NCBI GenBank assembly: GCA_965199335.1
Contig: CBDAQZ010000001.1
Location: 205,432-269,431, forward strand
Direction of reading: 5' to 3'
Length of the DNA: 64,000 bases
Origin: Alphaproteobacteria bacterium
GTDB taxonomy: Bacteria; Pseudomonadota; Alphaproteobacteria; CALMVH01
The notes beneath the pieces are model-generated. The model ran no database searches, was not told where the DNA came from, and saw only the letters and a list, made by a program, of their open reading frames with translations. A program made the position numbers and the translations under genes. Shown here in pieces: positions 48,806 to 56,259 of this stretch. Numbering within the stretch: position 1 is the stretch's first letter; each line of letters starts with the position of its first letter.

Positions 48806-48926
48806 TTTTGCAAAAGGCTAGAAATGAGGCATTCAAATGGAACAAAGCAAGATCAAATGGAAATCTTAATTAAACTGAAGACTAGAAATGCATCTGCTTT
48901 TACTGTGCGTTAGCTTAATTTACTGT
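48806..48926. promoter_or_regulatory. Repeat-rich AT-rich control region upstream of the rpfF-like gene
   Basis: Palindrome TTTTGCAAAA (48806-48815). CTAGAAATG twice (48818, 48882). TCAAATGGAA twice (48833, 48853; 20-nt phase). TTTACTGT twice (48899, 48919; 20-nt phase). Confidence 0.4.
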
Positions 48927-48987
48927 ATACACGTATGAATATTTGGTGTACCGATTTGATTAAGAATAGCCAAATACGAGGACCGCC

Positions 48988-49968
48988 ATGGGAAGTGTTG
49001 CACGTCTTTCGGACCAGTTGAAACTGCGTACTGTATCTGACCAGTCTTCAAACAACCCTTCCAATTCATGGGCCGGCAAGCTTGCCGGACTTAGCGAACT
49101 CGATGTTTCCTATGATGCCAATGACGGTATTCTCTGGAAGCGCATGAAACATGCGGGCCGGGCGAGCGCTTCGATGGAGCTGCTGACCGAAACCCTCGAA
49201 GTGCTTTCCGCTGCAAAGGCCGCTTACGCCGAAGACGTTAAGGCCGACCGCAAATCGATCAAATACATGGTGACGACCTCGATGTTGTCCGGCGTCTTCC
49301 TGCTGGGGGGCGACCTGCCGTTTTTCGCGCAGATGATCGCAAGCAGGGACCGTGCATCGCTGATGCTGTATGCCACCCAGTGCATCAACGTCATCCACGC
49401 TTATGCCAACGGTACGGGTACGCCCGCGCATTCGATCGCTCTGGTCCAGGGCGACGCGCTCGGCGGCGGATTCGAGATCGCGCTGGCCAACGATGTAATC
49501 ATCGCCGAGAAGAGCGCGAAATTCGGCCTGCCCGAGGTTCTGTTCAATCTGTTTCCCGGAATGGGGGCCTATACGCTTCTGGCCCGCAAGCTGGATGTCG
49601 TCCGCGCCGAGCGCATGATCCTCGGCGGCAAGATCTACACCGCCGACGAGATGCACGAGATGGGCCTGGTCGATGTCGTCGCCGAGGACGGCGAGGGCGA
49701 AGTTGCCCTGTATGACTACATCGAGCGTCATAACCGCCTCTATACGTCGCGCCAGTCGGTGATAAAGGCCCGCCAGATCGCCAAGCCGGTTTCGTATGAC
49801 GAGCTCAAGGCGATCGTCGAGGTCTGGGTCGATGCGGCGATGTCGCTGACCCCCGCCGATCTGCGCAAGATGCAGCTGGTCACCAAGGCACAGGATCGCC
49901 GCCTAGGCTTCGCTGCCAAGGCATCCGAGCCTCAGCAGGATGAAGTGATCCAGCAGCTGACTGCCTGA
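48988..49968 (+). CDS. rpfF: RpfF-family DSF synthase (crotonase-fold enoyl-CoA hydratase/thioesterase)
   Basis: 326 aa. HSIALVQGDALGGGFEIALANDVIIAEKSAKFGLPEVLFNLFPGMGAY, VEVWVDAAM and LVTKAQDRR blocks match my recollection of Xanthomonas RpfF. Two Glu are spaced 20 residues apart (E163, E183). Confidence 0.75.
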   Translation: MGSVARLSDQLKLRTVSDQSSNNPSNSWAGKLAGLSELDVSYDANDGILWKRMKHAGRASASMELLTETLEVLSAAKAAYAEDVKADRKSIKYMVTTSMLSGVFLLGGDLPFFAQMIASRDRASLMLYATQCINVIHAYANGTGTPAHSIALVQGDALGGGFEIALANDVIIAEKSAKFGLPEVLFNLFPGMGAYTLLARKLDVVRAERMILGGKIYTADEMHEMGLVDVVAEDGEGEVALYDYIERHNRLYTSRQSVIKARQIAKPVSYDELKAIVEVWVDAAMSLTPADLRKMQLVTKAQDRRLGFAAKASEPQQDEVIQQLTA

Positions 49969-49992
49969 TCTTTTTTTGGATAGCTAAAGAAG

Positions 49993-50022
49993 CGGGCCGG
50001 GTTTTCCGGCCCGTTTTCTTTT
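49993..50022 (+). terminator. Intrinsic terminator after the rpfF-like gene
   Basis: CGGGCCGG-GTTTT-CCGGCCCG followed by TTTTCTTTT, located between the convergent rpfF-like and rpfC-like genes. Confidence 0.7.
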
Positions 50023-50053
50023 GGTGCAAAGTGATAGATTACGTCGTCGCTTA

Positions 50054-52561
50054 TCAGCGTGCCTTCGCCTGCGCCTGCAGGAAACGATCCATGGTGCGCT
50101 GGAAGCGGTTGAACTCGTAACGCAGCCGCGCGGCGTATTCGAAACCGCGCTTGTGGAAGCTGAGCTTGCCCTCGGCGTTGATCTCCATGCAGGCGGTCAG
50201 GATCTGTTTTGCGCCGACATTGGCAGCACTGGAGCGCATCGCGTGGATCTGGTCCCAGAACAGCGACAGATTGCGATCGCGTACGCTGCGATCGATCAGG
50301 TCCAGTAGCTCGACCGTATCCTTTTCGAATTCGTCGATCAGCTCGTTCAGGAAGGACAAGCCGGCATCGAGGCTGGCGAGGCTCTGCAGCGCGTGGCGAT
50401 CGACGATACCCAGCTCGGGCGTGGCGTTGTACCGGGGGTGGCTGGAAATCTCCACCACCGGACCCGGTTCGACGGCCGGCTTCTCGGGGACGGCGACCGG
50501 CGCCGGTTGCGGCGCAAGGATGGCCAGCTGCTGCAGGATATAGGAAGGCTCGCTGGGCTTGGGCAGGAAGAGCGAGACGCCGAGTTCCACGCACTCGGCG
50601 CGGCTTTCCTCCGTTACATCGGCGGAGAAGATCACGATCGGCGGCATCGTCTGGCCCAGCCGCATGACACGATACAGTTTTATGATATCGATGCCGCTGG
50701 TGCCGGGCATGTTGAGGTCCAGCAGCACGATGTCGAATTCCTGTTCCGACAGATAGTCCAGGCCCGCATCGGCGCTGTCGGCAAGGATCACCGAATATCC
50801 GGCCGACCGCAAAATCTTGTTTGTCACCATGCGGTTGACCGGGCTGTCCTCCACCACCAGGACACGCACGCCGTCGGCAAGCATCGACTCATCGGGCTTG
50901 AATGTGGGAACCGCCATCAGTTCCTTATCGCCCTGCAGCGCGCTCAGGACCTCGCGGTGCACAGCCAGGGTACAGCCGATATCGATCGCGTTGCGGATTT
51001 TTTCCGCATCCAGTTCCGGAATGCAGCTGACGATTGCAGGCGCGATATGCCTTATCTCCGGCGCGAGGGCTCCCAGCGCGATTATGGATGCCGGCATCCC
51101 GTGCTGGGCATCGGCGATCTGGCGCGAAATGTCGTCGATGCGATCTATGCCGTGGCGCGTATCGACAAGGGTGACGAGCGCGTTCGTACCGGAAGGGATA
51201 TCCGCGCCGGCGCCGATGATAACCGTGCCAGGCATCATGCGGCACAAGGCAGGCAGCAGCATCTTGTCCGCCGAATGCACCACGATGGCGGCATGCCTGT
51301 CCGCTTTTTCCGCCAAAGGAGGTTCGCGCAGGAACGGCAGCTCGACCGTGAACGTCGATCCTTCGCCGGGCGTGCTGTCGACCGATACGCTGCCATGCAG
51401 CAGGTCGGCCAGCTGGCGCACGATCGCCAGACCCAGCCCGACACCGCCGTATTTGCGCGTCGAGGATGTATTGGCCTGGCCGAACGTTTCGAAAATGCGC
51501 TCCATGTCCTTTGGCGCGATGCCTATGCCGGTATCGGAAATCGCAAAGGAGAGACGAACATCCCCGCCAGTTACCGACAGCGCCTCGACAGTCAGCGATA
51601 CCTGTCCCTTGTCGGTGAACTTGATCGCATTGGTCATGATGTTGAGCAGGATCTGGCGCAAGTGCGGCCAGTCGCCCTGAAGGGACGCCGGGATGGAAGG
51701 CGATATCCTGACCGCGAGATCGAGATTCTTCTGGCCGGCCTGAGGACGCGCAATGGCGACGGTTTCGGCGACGGCCTCGTAAAGGTTGAAGGCCTGTACC
51801 TGCGATTCGATGCGGCCCGCCTGGATGCTGGAAAGATCCAGCACGTCCTCGACCAGGCTGAGCAGTGCACGGCCGGAACCACGTACGGTCTGGACCATCT
51901 CGACCTGTTCGGAGCTGAGGCTCGTCTGCTGCAGCAATTCGCTGAGGCCGATGATCGCGTGCAGCGGCGTACGCAATTCGTGGCTGGCGGTGGCAAGGAA
52001 CCGGCTTTTGGAATGATTGGCCTGCTCGGCGGCGCTTTTCGCGGCCTGAAGCTGGCGGATCAGAGACGCCGCATAAAGCGGAATGGCAATCATCGTCAGA
52101 ACGATGCCGGCCGATATGGGGAACACCGACTGCCAGAAAGGGGACTGTGCGATCACGGCGATGAAACCGACCGTCGAAACGACGGTGGACAATACCAGCG
52201 AGCGGACGCCATAGCGGAAGCCGTTGCCCAGCGAAACCCAGACATAGATCAGGAAAAGGGGCGCCGCTCGTTCGCCTTCCAGCAGCAGGCCGAGGGAGAC
52301 AAAGACGTGTTCGCCTATCATTGCGCTGTAGCGGCGCAGGTAGGAGACGTCGGGCCTGATTATGATCCAGCCCAGCAACAGGATCGAAATGCCGAAATAG
52401 ATGATGCTGAGGATATCGCCCCATTCGGCCAGGCCCGTCTTCGTGCCCAGGTTGCTGTTGAGATACAGCGCGACAAGCGCCGTTATCACCACGCGGATCA
52501 CGGCCTGGACGTGTTCACTGTCTTTGCGGCCCCTGAGCCGGCGTGCGATCAAGGACTTCAT
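50054..52561 (-). CDS. rpfC: RpfC-like hybrid sensor kinase (multi-TM sensor, HisKA, HATPase, degenerate REC, REC, HPt)
   Basis: 835 aa. N-terminal RKDSEHVQAVIRVVI box plus 5-6 TM helices. H-box SHELRTPL (H194). GVGLGLAI. REC with LLDLNMPG (D615) and LPKP. HPt HAMRSSAANVGA (H773). Confidence 0.78.
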   Translation of the reverse strand: MKSLIARRLRGRKDSEHVQAVIRVVITALVALYLNSNLGTKTGLAEWGDILSIIYFGISILLLGWIIIRPDVSYLRRYSAMIGEHVFVSLGLLLEGERAAPLFLIYVWVSLGNGFRYGVRSLVLSTVVSTVGFIAVIAQSPFWQSVFPISAGIVLTMIAIPLYAASLIRQLQAAKSAAEQANHSKSRFLATASHELRTPLHAIIGLSELLQQTSLSSEQVEMVQTVRGSGRALLSLVEDVLDLSSIQAGRIESQVQAFNLYEAVAETVAIARPQAGQKNLDLAVRISPSIPASLQGDWPHLRQILLNIMTNAIKFTDKGQVSLTVEALSVTGGDVRLSFAISDTGIGIAPKDMERIFETFGQANTSSTRKYGGVGLGLAIVRQLADLLHGSVSVDSTPGEGSTFTVELPFLREPPLAEKADRHAAIVVHSADKMLLPALCRMMPGTVIIGAGADIPSGTNALVTLVDTRHGIDRIDDISRQIADAQHGMPASIIALGALAPEIRHIAPAIVSCIPELDAEKIRNAIDIGCTLAVHREVLSALQGDKELMAVPTFKPDESMLADGVRVLVVEDSPVNRMVTNKILRSAGYSVILADSADAGLDYLSEQEFDIVLLDLNMPGTSGIDIIKLYRVMRLGQTMPPIVIFSADVTEESRAECVELGVSLFLPKPSEPSYILQQLAILAPQPAPVAVPEKPAVEPGPVVEISSHPRYNATPELGIVDRHALQSLASLDAGLSFLNELIDEFEKDTVELLDLIDRSVRDRNLSLFWDQIHAMRSSAANVGAKQILTACMEINAEGKLSFHKRGFEYAARLRYEFNRFQRTMDRFLQAQAKAR

Positions 52562-52571
52562 GATATCGGCG

Positions 52572-54179
52572 TCAGGTCGCGACGTTGGCGCAGGGGCGCT
52601 TGTCCTGGTCGATGTCGCGGACCACGCGTTCCTCGGGCAGGGTTATGACGATCGTCGTCCCTTCGTCCGGGTGGCTGTCGATCGACAGCTCGCCGCCATG
52701 AAGCTTGATGAGTTCCACTGATAACGGCAAGCCAAGCCCGGTGCCCGCGTGACTTATCGAGGCGGGACCGATCCGTCCGAAGCGCGAGAAGGCCACTTCG
52801 ATGTCGGCTTCGCTCATGCCGCAGCCCCGGTCGGTGACCTGTATCGAAACTGTACCCTTTTCGCCTATGCCGGCGCTGATGCGGACCTTGCTGCCGCGCG
52901 AGCTGAACTTCAGGGCATTGTCCAGGATATTGACCAGGATCTGGCAGAGCTTTGCACGATCGACCAGTACCGGCGGCAGGTTGGCGGCCAGCTCGTGCGC
53001 AAGCTCGGTTCCGTGGGCGGTCGCGGTTTCCGATACCAGGCGCGAGGCTTCGTGGATCAGGTCGCGCAGATCAACGACGCTTTCACGCAGCAGCATCTTG
53101 CCGGCCTCGATCTGCGCCATGTCCAGTACGTCGGAGATGATCGCCAGCAGATGATGACCGCCGGAGATGATGTAGTTGCAGTACTGCTCGCGGTTCTCTT
53201 GGGAGTCGCTTCCGACGTCCTTTTTCATCATCTCGGCAAAGCCGATCACCGCGTTCAGCGGCGTGCGCAGCTCGTGGCTCATATTGGCGAGGAAGTCGCT
53301 TTTCGCGGCGTTCGCCGCTTCGGCCGCGCGCTTGGCGGCAGACAGCATTTCCTCGGCGGAACGGCGCTGGGTTATGTCGGTCAGCACGGTCAGGACCTCG
53401 GTGCCGTCGGTATGCGGGCCGACGATAGCGGTCTTGCTGACATGCATGTACATGTCGGGGCCATGCGCGGGGCGGAACTTGGTTTCGCTGCGGGTAGGGG
53501 CCTGCTGGTTGCGGACCTCGTCATCGCCGAGCATCATGCGCTCGGCGAAGAAGTTATCGGCGATGACATGACGCAGGGGGCGGTCGATCATCTGCTCGGA
53601 CGTCATGCCGCAGGCGGCGGCGAAGGCCGCATTCGCCAAGGTGATGTCGCCGTTCGCCGTGGTGGTGAAAATGAAATTGGGGTTGCTGTCGACGACACTG
53701 CGCAGGCGTTCCTCGCTGCGCTCCAGCGTTTCGGCATGCTTGGCCGACGACATGTCCAGTTCGGAGGCAAGGCGCGAAGCACGCTGGCGCAGTTCGCGGC
53801 TTTGCCTGTGCAACGACAGAACGTTGCGCACGCGGGTCACGAACTCGCGGTGATCGATCGGGCTCATCAGGAACTCGGTCGCGCCGGCTTCCAGGGCCTC
53901 GTATCTGAATTCGCGATCCTCGTATGCTGTAACCACGATAATGGGGGCATCGAAGTTCGGAATATTGGTGCGGCAATATTGAATGAACTCACCGCCATTC
54001 ATTCCCGGCATCTTGAAGTCCGTAATGATCAGGTCGCACGGATGAGCCTTGAGTCTTTCAATCGCGCCCGACGGGTCGGCAAAACTATGGACCACCGCTT
54101 CAGGTTCAAGCAGCGCGCTTAGACGATGCAAAATATTACGGTTGGTTATCCTGTCGTCGACAATGATGATCTCGGTCAT
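52572..54179 (-). CDS. Response-regulator/histidine-kinase hybrid (N-terminal REC, PAS, HisKA, HATPase)
   Basis: 535 aa. IIIVDD, IITDFKMPGMNG (D54) and IVVTA. PAS (RLRSVVDSNPNFIFTT...). H-box MSHELRTPLNAVIGF. GTGLGLPL. 10 nt upstream of the rpfC-like gene. Confidence 0.85.
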   Translation of the reverse strand: MTEIIIVDDRITNRNILHRLSALLEPEAVVHSFADPSGAIERLKAHPCDLIITDFKMPGMNGGEFIQYCRTNIPNFDAPIIVVTAYEDREFRYEALEAGATEFLMSPIDHREFVTRVRNVLSLHRQSRELRQRASRLASELDMSSAKHAETLERSEERLRSVVDSNPNFIFTTTANGDITLANAAFAAACGMTSEQMIDRPLRHVIADNFFAERMMLGDDEVRNQQAPTRSETKFRPAHGPDMYMHVSKTAIVGPHTDGTEVLTVLTDITQRRSAEEMLSAAKRAAEAANAAKSDFLANMSHELRTPLNAVIGFAEMMKKDVGSDSQENREQYCNYIISGGHHLLAIISDVLDMAQIEAGKMLLRESVVDLRDLIHEASRLVSETATAHGTELAHELAANLPPVLVDRAKLCQILVNILDNALKFSSRGSKVRISAGIGEKGTVSIQVTDRGCGMSEADIEVAFSRFGRIGPASISHAGTGLGLPLSVELIKLHGGELSIDSHPDEGTTIVITLPEERVVRDIDQDKRPCANVAT

Positions 54180-54381
54180 TGTCTCGAAACTTTTTTGATC
54201 GGACTAGAACTGTCGTTGGTCGTCAAGCGGCAAGCCTTTCCTGCATCACAGAAAAAGGAAAGGATACTTACAGTTAATTAAACGTTTAGGCTTGCGGTAC
54301 AAATGCGCCCGAGTCGCGCTTTTTTTCAGATTTAAAGCGATATTGCCACTTTAGGCACTTATCGCCTGATAACGCTTCAAC

Positions 54382-55488
54382 TTATCGAAGTGCCGTCTCA
54401 AGGAATTGAACCAGCTCCGGCTCGTCCACTCCATCGGAGCGGAAGGCCTCGCCAATGCCCCGCGTCAGGATGAAGCGGATGCGGTCATGGGTGTTCTTCT
54501 TGTCACCGCGCATGGCGGAAATCATGGCTTCTACACCTATGTCCCATGCCGGATCGACCGTGACCGGCAGTCCGGCAGCGGTAAAATGCGTACGGACCCG
54601 GTCCAAATCGGCCTGCGGACACAACCCCAATCGGACGGACAGGCCAAACGCCATGATGCAGCCAATGGCCACGCCCTCGCCATGGGTCAGTTTTCCTCCA
54701 TATCCGGTCAGGAATTCCAGTGCGTGGCCAAAAGTATGGCCGAGGTTCAGCAAAGCACGGTCGCCCGTCTCGTGCTCGTCGCGGGCGACGATGGCCGCCT
54801 TGATCCCGCAGGAGCGCCGGACGGCGTACATGCGTTCGTCCACGTCACCATCCAGGAACGACCGGTTCCCGGTCTCAAGATGTTCGAACAAGGGCTTGTC
54901 CACGATCAGCCCGTGCTTGACGACCTCGGCGTAACCGCTCAGCAATTCGCGCCGGGGCAGGGTGTTCAAAGTCGATATATCCGCCAGCACAAGGCGCGGC
55001 TGGTGGAAGGCACCGATCAGGTTCTTGCCCGCCTTTGCATTGATCCCGGTCTTGCCGCCGACCGAACTGTCGACCTGTGACAGCAGCGTCGTCGGCATCT
55101 GGACGAAATCCAGCCCGCGCAGCAGGCTTGCCGCGGCAAATCCGGTCAGGTCGCCCACCACGCCGCCGCCCAAGGCGATCAATAGGGTCGAACGGTCGGG
55201 GCGCATCGCCAGCAGGGTCTCGCACAACTCGTTCCACTGCGCGAAACTCTTGGATGCTTCCCCGGGAGGCACCAGGGCCGGCTCCGCCACCGGCAGTCCC
55301 GCAGCCTGAAGCGAGGCCATCAGCGGCGCAAGGTAATGGGTGGCTGCATTCCGGTCGGCCACGATCATCGTCCTGCGCGCGCCCAGGCGCCGGCGAATTT
55401 CCTCGCCTGCCTGCGCTACCAGTCCCGGGCCGATCAGGATATCGTAGCTGCGTTCGCCCAGGCTGACCGTCAGGATTTCAGGGTACAT
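54382..55488 (-). CDS. aroB: 3-dehydroquinate synthase
   Basis: 368 aa. LIALGGGVVGDLTGFAA, GGKTGIN and HTFGHALE motifs. Confidence 0.95.
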   Translation of the reverse strand: MYPEILTVSLGERSYDILIGPGLVAQAGEEIRRRLGARRTMIVADRNAATHYLAPLMASLQAAGLPVAEPALVPPGEASKSFAQWNELCETLLAMRPDRSTLLIALGGGVVGDLTGFAAASLLRGLDFVQMPTTLLSQVDSSVGGKTGINAKAGKNLIGAFHQPRLVLADISTLNTLPRRELLSGYAEVVKHGLIVDKPLFEHLETGNRSFLDGDVDERMYAVRRSCGIKAAIVARDEHETGDRALLNLGHTFGHALEFLTGYGGKLTHGEGVAIGCIMAFGLSVRLGLCPQADLDRVRTHFTAAGLPVTVDPAWDIGVEAMISAMRGDKKNTHDRIRFILTRGIGEAFRSDGVDEPELVQFLETALR

Positions 55489-56068
55489 CTTGGGAAACCA
55501 GTTTGTGTTCGATCAGGGTTTTCAGGACCGTTTCCGCCGTTGCGTCAAGCAATTGCGTCTCGGTGTCGATCACCAGGTCGGCCTCGGCATAGATCGGGTA
55601 ACGCTTGTCGATCAGGTCGGCCAGGATTGCCTCGGCGTCGCCGCTCTGCAGGATGGGGCGATGCTTCGAGCGGCTGGTCCGGGCATGCAGAACCGGCAGG
55701 CTTGCGCGCAGCCAGACGGCGACACCCTGCTGGCGTATGGTTTCCCGGGTCTGCACCTGCATGTACGCGCCGCCCCCGGTTGCGATGATCGATAGAGGTC
55801 CCTCGAGCAGCCGTTTGATCACCTTGCGTTCCGTGTCGCGAAAGGCGCTTTCGCCGTGGCGAAAGAAAATGTCCGACACCGACATGCCAGCGGCAGCCTC
55901 GACCTCGTGATCGCTGTCGAAGAACGGCACGTTCAGGCGCTGGGCGATACGCTTGCCGATAGTGGTTTTCCCCGCGCCCATCAGCCCCACGAACACCAGC
56001 GTCCGGCACAATTGCAGATTTGCGCCGGGCAGAAGATTGTGGTTGCGTTTTTGCCGCGGAATCGTCAT
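55478..56068 (-). CDS. aroK: Shikimate kinase
   Basis: Walker A GLMGAGKTTIG, DSD, FR..E and ATGGG motifs. 11-nt overlap with aroB. Confidence 0.93.
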   Translation of the reverse strand: MTIPRQKRNHNLLPGANLQLCRTLVFVGLMGAGKTTIGKRIAQRLNVPFFDSDHEVEAAAGMSVSDIFFRHGESAFRDTERKVIKRLLEGPLSIIATGGGAYMQVQTRETIRQQGVAVWLRASLPVLHARTSRSKHRPILQSGDAEAILADLIDKRYPIYAEADLVIDTETQLLDATAETVLKTLIEHKLVSQDVP

Positions 56069-56118
56069 GCCGCAATCTATATGTTAAGTGCCGTGTACGC
56101 CAACAACAGGTTTTGCAA

Positions 56119-56259
56119 ATGAAGCGATTTGGTCTGATCCTGCTTGCCCTCGTCTTCCTGGTCATCCTTGGGGGCGGCATCGTGCTGGCGAACTGGAATA
56201 TTCCCGCGTCTTCCGCCAAGATCGAGAAACCCGTTCCCGACGAGAAGATGCCGAAATGA
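56119..56259 (+). CDS. 46-codon single-TM micro-protein, ATGA-coupled to the next gene
   Basis: MKRFGLILLALVFLVILGGGIVLANWNIPASSAKIEKPVPDEKMPK*. Its stop overlaps ATG 56256. Confidence 0.35.
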   Translation: MKRFGLILLALVFLVILGGGIVLANWNIPASSAKIEKPVPDEKMPK

